64,000 bases of DNA. It comes from Carcharhinus longimanus (lineage: Eukaryota). Shown one piece after another: positions 23,790-37,210 of this stretch. Location of the stretch: positions 99,001,445 to 99,065,444 of the forward strand of contig JASCQW010000027.1 in the NCBI GenBank assembly GCA_030264375.1. Direction: 5' to 3'. How positions within the stretch are numbered: position 1 is the stretch's first letter; every line of letters begins with the position of its first letter. The translations under genes were made by a program, and so were the position numbers. Below the pieces are notes generated by a model, which saw only the letters and a list, made by a program, of their open reading frames with translations, did not search any database and had not been told where the DNA came from.

Positions 23790-24075
23790 TCAACTGAAAT
23801 TAAGAAAAAAAGTGAACCTCATACTAGTGCCTGGAGAACTCCACGATGGCAATCTTCTCCAGTCTGAAAAGCTACTGTTTCCTGTTCCACAGCCAACATT
23901 GTATCTGCATTACCACTGGCTTTAATTTCATGGGCTTGAACTTTGCGATTAAGCCTGTAAGGCTGCACTTTCTTGAGCGCCTTTTGAAAATCCACGTAAA
24001 CCACATCAATTGTAATACCCTCAACCAGCCTCTTTGTTATCTCAGGCAAAAATCTCCATGTTTTCAACAAATTGC
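23790..24075 (-). mobile_element. CR1 RT fragment
   Basis: EGITIDVVYVDFQKA. Confidence 0.75.
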
Positions 24076-24760
24076 NNNNNNNNNNNNNNNNNNNNNNTCT
24101 GGGTTATTGTTTCTAGAAACTTTTGCACCACCGATATAATTAATCTTCCAAATGCTTTACTATGTGTGTATTTCTTAAATTGTTACTATGGAAACAAGCA
24201 ACACTCATGGAAATTGTTACTTTTATGCATACTGCTTTTTTAAACAATAAAGAGTAAAATTATCCCCATAGTGGTCATCAGATGATGCCATGTGACACGT
24301 CAGGTTTTTGACATTTTTACTCGAGCCAATCATAAAGCACTGGGGAGGTATGTGCATGAAATTATGTCTGCACTGATTGACTGAAGCAGCAATTTGGTAT
24401 TTGGTGAATTGCTCAGAGAGCCGGTAGTAGAAATGAAGACTCAATCGCCTCCTTCCGTGTTGCAACAATTCTGTGATACATGGGAGAATTAGCCAATTGC
24501 TAGAGGTCACTACTTGCATGGTAAGTATCTTAACAGCTGGGTCAATAAAATTATTGCTAGCCCCTTGATTGTAACTCATCCAAGGGATATTAAGAGTATC
24601 GAATAACATTCCTGATGTCCGTGCTAAACAAAATGCTGACAAAATAATCAACTCACTGAATATACACACAAGACCACTCAAATAAAATGAATTCCCCAGT
24701 ATTTAGATCAGGCACACATACGAATCTTGTGAGTGAAAAGGGCTTACTTGAAATTCACTC

Positions 24761-24864
24761 CAAATGACAAACTTAAGAAGGGAAGTGGTCTGAGGAAAGT
24801 GAAGCAGGAAAACAAATGACAAACTTAAGAAGGGAAGTGGTCTGAGGAAAGTGAGGCAGGAAAA
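24761..24864. repeat. 52-bp tandem duplication
   Basis: caaatgacaaacttaagaagggaagtggtctgaggaaagtga[a/g]gcaggaaaa x2. Confidence 0.95.
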
Positions 24865-25296
24865 ATGTGCCCAAGGACGAAGGAAGAGGAGATTTTTAAG
24901 TACAACATCGAGCTTATTGGATCAAAAAGCATTTAAATGTTTTTACGCTGTGAAAAGTGTTTGTTAATACATAACAAAGTTAACCCAATGTAAAACAAAC
25001 TTTAGTACCTTCAAATGAAAAAAATCAAAAATCTTCCTCACTACTCTTACGAAGAGAAGAGAGTCAATAGTATTTGATGCGTCTACAGATAAAATGATAC
25101 CTTCAAAGAAAATGGGACAATTTTCCAACATCTTGCTCTAGAGCCATGTTTCACTGTTTAAACAGATCTGCAATAATTTAATCCCAGCTCTTTGCAACTA
25201 AATCTTCAGAAAGTACTTATAATGTTGGTAGAGCATCTGTGCATTTGGTGCAAATAATGATTAAATGACTATTACAATGGAAAAGTTGTTACTGAC

Positions 25297-25420
25297 TTGT
25301 CCTTTATTTCGAAGCGTTCATGTAACCACCTCTTCAGGAATATAGCTTCCTCTGGAACTTCTGTCACATCCACACGCTCAAAGAAAATATGTATCCTTGG
25401 ACACTCCCTGCACAAGAATT
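25297..25420 (-). CDS. AGPAT5: AGPAT5 penultimate coding exon
   Basis: EFLCRECPRIHIFFERVDVTEVPEEAIFLKRWLHERFEIKDK; 124 nt; CAG acceptor, GTCAGT donor; phases 1/2 join both flanking exons in frame. Confidence 0.97.
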
Positions 25421-27414
25421 CTGTGAATCAAAGGAACAAAACTGTAAATGGAAAACAATGAAACAATTAATAAAGCTGCTAACTGCACTAATATTACAAA
25501 AATACTATTTTCCAAATAACTGACCAAAAATAGTAGTTGAGGTGGGTTAAAGAACTGTGAAAGATATTTTAATAGATCATTTCTTATGTGTGAAGTTTCA
25601 GCTTTAATATCTCAACAAACAAAGCAAGTGGCAATCAAGTGTAAATACATATTCATTACTTTCACTGATCAACTTGCCATTATTATAGATGATGGGCAAA
25701 ACATCAACTTCAAGACACTTCATATTCAAACATATTGAAACAAATCGAACAAAAAAAAGTAAAACAGCGACTATCTAATTTAATTTGACACAAGGTGGAA
25801 TGACTGACTCAGATATCCTCAGTCCAAAGAATTTTTAATTATTTACAGTTCAAAGCAAATTATCAATGCCACAGAACAGAAATACAGCAATGGCTTCAAG
25901 GTCTATTACTGACTTCTTTCCTAATGATTCCAGATATTAAGCAAATTATCATGACATGAAAAAAATCATATCCAACATACAAATTACATATTCAGAACCT
26001 ACACTCATGAGGATGACATTAACACCACAACCATTAAATTACTCTGAATAAGTAGTACTGAATAAAGTCATTTTACGTCACTTAAATTCCAATTCCTTTT
26101 TGCAGGTTCATTCAATTTTCAAAGTAATATTGCTTTTTTACCACAACTTCTTAAAATATAAGATATATAAAATTTAAATACAAAATATATATGATAAATA
26201 AAATATAACATATCTTCACAAATGTATCCTTGTGGTGAATTTAATTAAGTTGGACTAAATATCTAGAAAGATATTTATATGGAAATGTGTTATATGGAAA
26301 CATTAAGCATGTAGGTTAAGCTTGATGATATATAATATATAAACACACACAACCAAAACAAAAGATACATGAGTGGGGAGACAGCAATGTGGCAAGCCCA
26401 GCTGGCAAGAGTGTTTAACATGTCTAGGAAAATGGCAAGTGCGAAGTCCATGGTTTTACCTACATTGAAACGGATGGATGAAAAATCATGGGCTTCCAGC
26501 TATTTCCAAAGATCACTGCTATCAAAATAAGACCTAAACTAAAACAATGCAAATAATATTAACTGAGTTACAAGTTTGGGTGGCAGTGGCACAATTCTTG
26601 TGTATTCATTGGCCTTCTGATTGCTTCTTGCAGTTTAATGAGACAAGTCAGATTCATTGCCGCTGAGAAACAATATTGTAATAATCACTGAAAATTAACA
26701 TAAGCCAGCACACAAAAAGAAACAAAGATCAAACAAATCTTATTGCAACTTGAAAAAACTTCTGAAAGGATCTATGCAGTAGGGATACTTCAGAGCTAAT
26801 GCAAATATGACTTCCTTTATGTTGTTAACCCTAACAGCAAGGAAATGAGTAATGAAATGGAAAGAAAATAAAATTTCAAAACCTGTCTGGAACAAACAGA
26901 ATTTGGTTTGAGGATGGATATTTAAAAGGAAGTAATTGCCTATGCAAATAGTCTGGAACCCTTGCCATATGACACACATTCAGTACAACTACTACCTTCA
27001 TCAAACCATGAACCATTTTTACAAAAAAGAAAAAGCTTCAAAACACAGCATTCCCACTATGGGAAAGATTGGTTAAATATAAATCTGACAACTCAAAAGA
27101 CAGTCAAAGACATATCAAAAACCAAGGCAATTTCTGAGTTATATTAACAGGAATGTAATACAATTGATTGTGACAAAGCAAATGGAAAAATGCAAAAAAA
27201 CCCAGCAAGGTAACAAAGTGCTTAATGGATTCATCAATGCAGGATTGCAAGTGAAAAGAAGCTTCCTTGTCACCTCGCCAATGATTTTAAATCCATGAAC
27301 TCTGGTTGTTAACCTACATGCTACAGGGAATTTTTTTTGCTATCTACTCTACTCTGTCAAAATCACATTATCTTGAAAGCCTCCGATGCGCACGAGCTGT
27401 ACTTCAGATAGTAG

Positions 27415-27522
27415 CAAAGTCATTTGAGTCAAAAAGTTGCGGGGTTCAAGTGTCACTCCAGAGTGTGAGCACAAAAATCAAGGTTGGCACTTCAACAGAT
27501 GACTGAGTGGGTGCTGCACTGT
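27415..27522 (+). mobile_element. DeuSINE (SacSINE1-like) head fragment
   Basis: tgagtcaaaaagttgcggggttcaagtgtcactccagagtgtgagcacaaaaatcaagg. Confidence 0.55.
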
Positions 27523-27539
27523 GTTAAGTGGTAACTTAT

Positions 27540-28020
27540 CAAACCTCCCCTCATAACTGAAGTCTTTCATCCTGGTAAATGTTTTCTGCAAGCGAGACCG
27601 TTACAACTTTCCTGAAATCCAAAATTGTCCACAATATTCCAGCTGAGATCAAATACTGATTTATGACATTCCAGCAGGATTTCCATGCTTTTATAATCTT
27701 TTCCTCTATTCATAAAATCATGTAACCAATATACTTAACTCCCTTATCAATTTGTCCTGATGCATTTAAGAATTTGTGTGCATAGACATCAAAGGCTTCC
27801 TCATCTACATTTTACAAAATCACACTATAGGGTATGATCATTTCACATTAGTTGTTCCACATGTAATTTCACACGCCTCTGCAATGAATTTCCTCCAATA
27901 TTCTCCTGCCCATATCATCATTATCCTAAATATCATCCCGAGTCCTATAACTATTCTCACTATTATCCATTGCTTTGCAAAGTTTCAGAATCTCTCCACT
28001 CAAGACTAGGTCATTTACAG
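27540..28020 (-). mobile_element. Old CR1 fragment
   Basis: Degenerate similarity to the other CR1 RT copies in the window. Confidence 0.5.
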
Positions 28021-29019
28021 GGTTTGAAAATTTACCTAATTTACTTTCCATCTTATTTCAACAGGATATTAGGGTATGTTCAAACATAAGAAAATTTCAG
28101 TGGCTTTTGTACCATCGGAGGGTCTACTGAAAGTAAACCGTAGTGTTTTGATGAATGATTATTTTGTAATTACACTGAACTAGTTGGTTAAGATGTGCAG
28201 GTTGGAATCAGGCAGGAAACTAACAGGATGAACAATTGGGGGCAGTGAGAATAAGACCCCCATCAGCATGTATGTTAAAGAGCAGTATTCACAATATGCA
28301 GAGGAGGAATGTCATACCAGGTCTTAAATCTCTCTCCATAAATAAGATTTGACAATATGAATAAAAACATTTTGGCATTTAAAACGTAAGGATTTTTTGA
28401 ACTAGCTTCTTTATACTTGTTTCTTCCAGATCCCATACGGAATTGTCTTCTTTTTGATAAAAGCTGAATTTTGTTTGCTTACTTCTACAGAAGTCCCCAT
28501 TAATGTTATAAACAGTGATCAAACCTAGATATGCAATTCACATTGGTCTCATTACAGAGTGCAAACATGCAATGAGAAATTAATTAGGAGAACGTTTCTT
28601 GTTTATAACCAAGATGTCAAGCACTTTTTCAGTATAATTTTCTTTAACTGCAGTATGACTTTCATTAAGTTATTTTCACAGTTGTGAAGGTGCTGTAGAG
28701 TGATGAATGCAGCAAAGAGTAATAACAATAAATTTTAGAAGGGAGCTTGTCAACGAAAAATGATGATGAGGGTCATACAGGACTCTCTCTTTCAGCATCT
28801 GTACTGAACGGCAGCTGCATTTTCTCACCTAATTGGAAGATTACAAACGAATGAAAGTACATACTTAAAAATTCTATTTCTCAAGATGGATGTTGCAATT
28901 CTGTTTTTTATTGACTGCATTTATGGATAACTGCACTCTAGTGGTAAGCATATTTAGGAAGTTCCCAAGTTTGATGGCTGATCTTTACTGACTTCGGAAG
29001 TCCACGATCATGCTTTACA

Positions 29020-30310
29020 AATTGCCACAATCCTTGAGCATGATGTTGTCTCCCCGATGCGTATCCACCTTTCCAGCAACTCCACATTTGAATGCCTTCA
29101 ATCAAGTCTCCCTCGCCACGATATCACTGGAATGGCTCCAATCGGTTACAAATGTCACCCACTGTGACAGCAACTAGGTGCAATATCCCCCCTAATTCTC
29201 TTGATCAAATTGTAGTTCACCACACTTTCACCTCTGTCCCTCATCCATTATTCAGATGATGAGGATTGCCATTGCTTGGCTCCACCGTTACCTATCCAGC
29301 TGTTAATGAACGTCCTGCAATGGCTTTGTTGCACTTGTACCATTACTTCTGGAACTTGAACAATAATCTATCTGCAGTCCCCTCCTATATCTCGGAAACA
29401 TGTTGCTTTTCAGCATCATCCAATTATATATATTCCAAACTTTTTCTTATGACAATTAGCTCTGAACCGCGACCACTTATCTCAACTGCACTGACGTACT
29501 GTCACAGTACTTTCCCGACAAAACTACTTCCAACATTAGGAAACTGAAACACGGTAGAATGGAAACGCGATGCATTGTCTTTGGTGCCCGTCATTTCCTC
29601 TATTTCCTAACCACTGGTTCTGCTCCTTCCCCACACTGGATTTTGTCTGAACCAGACAGTTCACAACCCTGGGCATTTTATTTTGACTCTGAGCTGAGAT
29701 TCCGGTCCCATTACCTCTGTTTACAAAAACTGGTTACTTTCGTCTCTGTAAAATCATTCATGTCAGCACGTCTGGTGCCGAAATCCTCATCAATGCTTTT
29801 GTTACTTCCAGATAAAGGACTACAATATTCTCCTTGCCTGCTTCCAATGTCTACCCTCCATAACCTGAGGTTCATGCCACACTCTGCTACCTGTATTCTT
29901 ACTTGTACCAACTCCTATTCATCCATAATCTGGCTTTGGTTCATCAATGACTCCATTTTAAAATTCTCATGTTCACTCCCCTCTAACTTTATTCATACCC
30001 AACTTACAACCTCCAGCAGCCCTAAATTCCTTTGAGAACTTTGCATTCCTCCAACTCTGCCCTCCGCTGTATCTCCCACCTCCTCTGCTCTATTAGCAGC
30101 AATGTATTCAAACATCGAGGTCTATGCCCTAGAATTCCCTCACTAATTTCTCCACTATGTTTTCTTCTTCCAAGGCATTCTTTAAAACATGGCTCTCTCC
30201 TCTGTCTCAAAGTCTCTCGATTTGATTCGTTGTTAGTTTTTGCCTGATTTTGCTTCCGCAAACACCTTAACGATGTTAAAGACATAACATAACACGAAGT
30301 TGTCATTTTG
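29020..30310 (+). mobile_element. Old L2-type LINE 3' part
   Basis: Pyrimidine-rich strand; KLLPTLGN and ETRCIVFG resemble L2 NFLQLNxxKTExIVFG; L2-like tail at ~30250-30305. Confidence 0.65.
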
Positions 30311-30329
30311 TTGTACAGAATTTGTGTAT

Positions 30330-30560
30330 TGCTGAAAAAAATGACATTTTGTCAAAGCTTTTCATCTTGCACTTATCAGGCCAATTTGCAAGAAAACCAA
30401 TGAAAGGGAAAATAACTAATTTATGCTATGTGAGAAGAAAGTGCTGATTGGTTGGCAAGAGGACTCTGATTGGCAGAGGTATTGTCATGGAGAATGTGCA
30501 TGGTAATAACAGACCATTTGCCAACCAAGCAACACTCTCTTGCCATATGGTTTAGTTGTT
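30330..30560 (-). mobile_element. Penelope-type terminus with decayed minimal hammerhead
   Basis: Minus strand TTGGC-CTGATAA-GTGCAAGAT-GAAAAGCTTT-GACAA at ~30345-30385. Confidence 0.6.
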
Positions 30561-31379
30561 TTCAACAATAACTGCAAATTGTTAGGATGTAGACCATTGC
30601 AGGCTGCCAAAAAGCTAACATACTGGAAAACCTGAAGAGTGGCACAGAGCTGAGGAACTGAGGCACAGATGGAGTGGAACAGAGATTGAGAGTAAAGAAA
30701 CTACCAAAATTGAGAGTGGTCTAGGAGTCTCATACAGCTGAATATTAAAATTCCAAGTCAGGAAATGGAACCACATGAATTGGCAGAACTTATATATCTT
30801 TTTGATGCACCCTCTCCTATGCATTTCACTGGTTTCCAAACAGCATGTCACGATTAATAGCACTTTGATTTGTATATATTTTGTAAAAGCCACTGTATCA
30901 TTTTGAAAATGATGCTAAAAATTATTCATGCTATTGTTAGTACATTGAACAAAAATCTGAAATGTAAAATCAAGCACTATTAGCACATGAATGATCATGA
31001 TCATTTGAGACATAGTACAAATTGGAGCCAATTTTCTCTGCTGTACTCATGTTGAAACAGCTGGATTTTATTATAGAAATCACAAGGGAACACTGACAAT
31101 CCCAAGAACTTTTCATTTCACATCACTTGAATTTCCCCAATGGCTAAATCCAACTTTGCTGCAACATAACTATTCCCTCAGTGCTTTAGATAGATTGCAG
31201 TTACGCAGCAGATATATTTTGCCATTTGAATTCAGTACACTAGTTCTTACAAACTTTTAAAAGTTGAAAAGATAATGAAAAAATACAAATGCACATGCAT
31301 GGTCTATTTTAGGAGCACATTATAGTGGGAATCACAGGTTTAATGTAATCAAAGGTGAGGCACAAACTTTCAAGAGAAT

Positions 31380-31750
31380 TTTAAAAAATGTTTTACTTCA
31401 CTGGAGCTCAGAAAGCTAAGGATTATAAAAGTTTAAAATGTGATACACTATTTCCACTTCTCAGATGGTAAATAAAAGGTACACATCTAATTAGAAAGAT
31501 ACAGGGAAGATTTGAAAATATATTTCTTTATACAGAGTACTTAGAACAATTCTCGGCAACAAATCAATGTTGAAGCAGACTAAAAGTTTCTTAAAATAGA
31601 AATATTACATAGTTATTCGAAAAGGGAAATATTGAAAGCTACAAGGAGTAAGAGGAGTGGATTTGGACCAGTTGGCTTGTAATGGAAAATAAGTGGTGCA
31701 ACTGAATAGATGGGATATCATCTTTCAGAACTGCAATATTCTAGGATTTT
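31380..31750 (+). mobile_element. Old CR1 3' end
   Basis: Degenerate CR1 3' region. Confidence 0.45.
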
Positions 31751-34177
31751 ACAGGTCAAGTTTTAGAAATTGTCACATTACTAAAAGCCTTTTATATTTC
31801 ATGATAAGACATTAGGGTATGATAATTAAAATCAATGTATCGTTAGGTCTACAGTAAATAGGCAAGGACTTCAGATCACCACCGTCACCATTTATACCAG
31901 ACTCAATCCTTTGGGGTGCTGGTGATTTCCCCTTTTCCATAAGACAGCATGCAATTTATCACAGGAATTGTCTTCATTTTTCACAATACAATATTGAATC
32001 CCAATCACACTTCTCCCACTCCCTTTGAAAACTTGTGTCTTGGATAAAAAATGGGTTTGAGCTTATTTCATGTGTGTTTCATTTTAAGCAACTACCTGGA
32101 AGAATCCACATCCTAAAATACAATGAAATAATTACTTCCAGCTTGTTACCATGAACTTAACACAGATATTCTTGACTCTCAAGTTTCCCAATATCATGCT
32201 TTTACTTGATGGAATATTTTTCTACTCTCTGTATACAGATACAACAGTTTGCAAGTAAAACCTTACCACTGCATGATAAGTACATGGAGAATCTTATGTT
32301 TTTTTTAAAAAAATGCTCACCTTCTTGAATGATGAGGCAAATTAGAAAATAATTCGAGACAGCCAATTCCTCGCCATATCGGGCGAGACAAAGACTTGGT
32401 TGACTGAGCCCTGGAATGCACCTACTCTTTTCACTACAACCGGAGATACTAGCTTTCTATGACAAATACTATATGCAGGCTATAATTTAGGAAAAAAGGC
32501 TACATATATTTCCAGTTGAATCACTTTTTCTTTGCGGGAGGGTAGAATTATAGCACAGAAGAGGAGATGAAATCAAAAAACAGGTGATTCAGTAATCTAA
32601 CCCTTTTCATTAATTTCCATACAAGACCTAATCCCAGGAATTCCAACCTCAAACCAAATATCATAAATCCAGCCATGACATTTAAAATCACCCAAGTTCC
32701 TACTGCCTTCATTCATTATACAGGAAACTGATGATTATTTTTACAATAATCTCTTGCACAGTATTATTTACTGAAGTGTTTGAAGTTATAACCAATCCTC
32801 TTTCACAATTTACACAGGAAGTCAATAACAATTGCTACGTTCAAATGGAGAAGCAGTATACGGATGAAATTTCTCCTGAAGACTTTGAAGTGATATATTC
32901 TATTCCAATTTTTTTCATGATAAATTCCTGTATCTACATTTATAATGGAGTTATAGAGGTATTTACAACTTTGAGCTTAATTGCTCAGTCTGTCAACATT
33001 TTGTTGCATTGCGGAAGTGGTCTACGGTAAAGCTAGTAGAAGTTAAACAGCCATTGAGACTGCTGACATAAGTTTGATACTTATTTGATAATATGGCACT
33101 GAAGAAAATGAGGATGGAGATCAGAAAACCCTCTATGGCTATCCACTGAGGATATCAAGACTTTTTCATGAGATGACATTAACTCAGCTTCTGGCTTCCT
33201 GAGGGAAATATGTTATCTCACTATTCCTGCCTTTCTTTTTTACCATCTGCATCCAAGATGTATTCAAATGCTAGGCAAGTACAGGTAGTCTTCGGACTTG
33301 AGACACAATTGGTTCCTGAAAACTATGAATTAACTTCAAATGTCATAAGGTCGAATCGATTTTCCCCACAAGAAAATGTGATAAAATCAGGGGTTCATTC
33401 CTAAGCAAAAGACCTGATACCCTATTTTCATCAAAAATAATCTAAAATTTTTGTACTCAATTATGCATTATGAAATATAAATTTAAAAAGTTTGGAAAGA
33501 CAAAAATTCACCAAGTAAAAATGTCATGGAATAGCAACTGAGCATCAAGTCAGGGAGATGGGTGACACAGAAAGTCAATATGTACATATGGATATTTGAA
33601 CTTATTCAGTGATGTGCCATGTAAAATTGAAATCAAATTTGTAAATACAAAACAGAGTGCCAATTTCTAAAAGTTTCTAATTGAATCTCATCATAAGTTT
33701 AAAATCAAGGACTGGCTGTTGTTTGAATATGGAACTAGAAATTGAACATGCACTAATCAACTGCAGAGATTTCGTCCAGGGATCCAAATAGCAAAGAACA
33801 GTGAAACTATTAAATCCTCAGAAGCTTTTAGTTTCAATATAGAAGCTCTTGTTCTTGCCACAGAAACTGATTTTAGCTATTATTCCTCACTTATAATGTA
33901 ACACAGTCATTCTCAAACTAACCACTATTTTAGAGTCCAGCCATTAAAAATACTCTCAGGCATTTTTATTTCAGATTTATGTATTTTGTTACCTGGGGTG
34001 GTTATCCCTTTTCCCTTTCCTGTAATTTTAGCCCTTTTTATGACCTGTCTAGTCTGACAGTTCTACAACCTATAACTGCTTACAATACCTCCTGCAGTCA
34101 ATTAAATGCAAATGGCATGTACAACCTCTCTCTCTAATTTTCTTTTCCCATACCGCAATGTCCATTGTGGATCATTT

Positions 34178-34435
34178 CATAAGAAGAACATAAGAAATAG
34201 GAGCAGGAGTAGGCCATCTGGCCCTTCGAGCCTGCCCCGCCATTCAATAAGATCATGGNNNNNNNNNNNNNNNNNNNNNNNNNNNNNNNNNNNNNNNNNN
34301 NNNNNNNNNNNNNNNNNNNNNNNNNNNNNNNNNNNNNNNNNNNNNNNNNNNNNNNNNNATCCTATCCATCCCATTCATCATCTTATACGTCTCAATGAGA
34401 TCTCCCCTCATTCTTCTAAACTCCAACGAGTACAA
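34178..34435 (-). mobile_element. Young CR1 3' fragment spanning a gap
   Basis: LYSLEFRRMRGDLIETYKMMNGMDR and cataagaa tail. Confidence 0.9.
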
Positions 34436-36779
34436 TTGAACAGAAACACACACACACTTTGGAAACAATTCTTGGTATCAATGATCCCTGACAATATTTC
34501 TGAATTCTCCTCCTCCTGTTCTCAATGCAAATACATCTGACCTAAATGACTAAACTTTGTGTACGAATCTGGACAGTGAGTATTGATAATCTTTGTGATC
34601 CTGAAAGGCATTATAACCAAATCTTATATTACCCCAAGTTATTAAGTTAGTATACATGTCTGGATTAAGAAAATGCCAATCGGAATGGGAATTAAGCCCA
34701 ACTGTCTCTTCTCCAGCACTGAAGCCCAGAGATCGAGTGTAACAATCCACCCGTGGCACTGTTTTAAGATCAGCTAATGATATTCAAGAATGAGACCCAA
34801 ATCCTGGAGTTATGGTTTCTGTACAATGCAGTTCTATACTAGGCAGTGCTTTTACATATACAGCCATCAGAGAGAATTAAGTTTAGAGTATTTCACTGAA
34901 TATTACAGTTATTTAAACAGATGCAGTATCTCCCGACAATGAAACTATTCATCATTAATTCTGAAGTTTAAGATCCATCAAAAACTACTGTGCAAAAACA
35001 GAACTGGGAAATAGCTGTCACTTACCAATGAAATATGCCCATTCCGCATATGTATTCTAAAAACACACTGATAACTGTGGCAGCTCTTTCATTATTTTGA
35101 AACTTAAGCAATTGTCTGAAAGCTATTGGATTAAAACAAAAATCAAAAACACTGAAAATGTCATTCTCCAGATGTTTTCAGGCCAAAGTTGGCAAAGTCA
35201 GGATATTATTCAGTTGTTCAGTATTTGGTTTCTTTACATTGGAAGAAGATGAGTTCCCCCTACATGCCACTTCAAGTTACTTTTCCCAGGCTATAAAAAT
35301 TAGAGAAATAAAACTGGCAACACTCAAAATGATCAGTTGTTGGACTAAGGCCAATAATAAACAAAATAACAGTTAATAATATTTGCCAAGGAATACTTAA
35401 CTGGGTCATGATTTTGCATGCATCAGATTTTTGGTGCGCCGATCACTGCGTTCACAATTAATGCCTTCTACGATGCACTTTTGGTTAGTAGCTAAATGGA
35501 TGCACAAAGGCAACAAGACCAAAGAGAAGTATGAATTGCAGAGGCCATTTGGTCCAACTAGTTCATCTTTCTAGAGAATCATAATTTTGCTCATTTACAT
35601 CAGGTAACAGTCCCTTAAATAAATGTAGAGTTTCTTCTCAGCTACCATACCTAGAAAATCATTCCAGGTATTAGTCACTTGGAATGAAGCTGTGCACACT
35701 GGCACCAATTATCAAGATGCAGCTTCCACCTCATATTGGCTCTCATATGTTGCTGTCTGCTTTCAAATGGCTATGAAACAAAGCTACATTTACACAGTGC
35801 ATTTAATGTAGTAAAATATCCCAAATTTGGAAATTGTCAAGTCTCGAGGTCACAAGGTATGGATGAGGGCTTCAGCAGCAGATGATGAGTTCAGGCAAGG
35901 TGGAAATTGAGCGTGTTATGTTTCTGATTGGTGTCACAGCTTGACTGACATCCAACACTAAGCAGAAATTACATCTAAGTATTGGGCAGTTTGAAGGCAT
36001 TGTCTTTGATTCCTACCACAAGCTCAGTTCCTTTCCCAATGTTTTCATTTTATAATGCAACTGCCTTAAGCCGAACAATACTATTTGCAACCTTGTGTTG
36101 TGTTTGACCCCAAAATTAATCCCTGACCATACATCACCAACGATGTCTAATCCCATCTCATCAGATAGAAAAGCAAATTAGACCTACACAAACTGATAAA
36201 ATAAAGGGTCAAAGCCCTCCTATCATTTGTGTAAAATAGCTACTAATTGATACTACCTTCTACTAGTGAAGTATGGTTGAATGGAAAAGCTACGTTTTCA
36301 AGAACTGAACAGTGGCAAGACTGAATCCAGTATTAACGGCACAAGAAATTCTGGATTCNNNNNNNNNNGGATTCAGATTTCATATCACTTCTTGGCAACT
36401 TGTTTAGAATAATCCTGACGATGCATAAACTTAGTATCCTGTTTGATTATGAGTTGAGATACAAACTTCTACACTATCCATCACCAAGACTTTTATTTCC
36501 ACTGCTGAAATGTCATCTGCTGTCCACATAACTCACTCATCATTGCTGGAAACAATATACATACTGTCTTCCCCTTAAGACTCTCTATTTCTGCTAAGTT
36601 CTCTATAGCAAGTAGCAGCTTACACATGAAGGCATTTCCATCCTGCTGCCTGCATTCTTTCCCTATCAAGTTGCAGTACAGTGTTCAGTAAATAAGGTGG
36701 GCCGACACTTTGGTGAAGCAGTGACAAAATGGTACATAATCAAATATTCCAAATTTTCAGATTATGCATTAAATTGGAG

Positions 36780-37210
36780 CCCCATCTGCAGGCTCAGGTC
36801 AAAGTAAAACACCCAATTGCACTCTCCAGCAAAGCAGGATGCTCTCAGGGTGTTGTGTCAATATTCCTCCTTCAGCCATCACCATTAAAAACAAGTCATC
36901 CTGTCTCCATTAAATTGCTCAAAATAACTGCGCTTGATTAGAAATCTGGAACAAAACAAAAAAAATGCTGGAAATACTCAGCAGGTCAAGCTGCATCTGC
37001 AGAGGGAAACAGTTGGCGTTTCAGGTCAGGCCGATGAACTTTCATCAGAACAGGTTGGAATGATGAAAAGCCATCAATCTCAAACATTCATTAATTTGCT
37101 TGCGTGCTCTTCCTGTGAGATAATGAGCTGCCATCTTGGCTTGTAGTGACAGCATTTCCAAAAAAGATTAGTTAAAGCATATTCTGGGAGTCCCAAGCAC
37201 ACAGGAAATT
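36780..37210 (+). mobile_element. DeuSINE (SacSINE1-like) interrupted by a hammerhead-bearing Penelope-type terminus
   Basis: Deu-domain-like sequence on both sides of 36920-37088; the insert carries minus-strand CTGATGA...GAAAC. Confidence 0.6.

Noticed and set aside
24223-24681. 152-aa minus-strand ORF in the last AGPAT5 intron
   Set aside because: Non-ATG start and no recognisable domain; about one ORF of this size is expected by chance in six frames of 64 kb (rough estimate).
29559-30035. 158-aa ORF
   Set aside because: Lies within a decayed L2 LINE.
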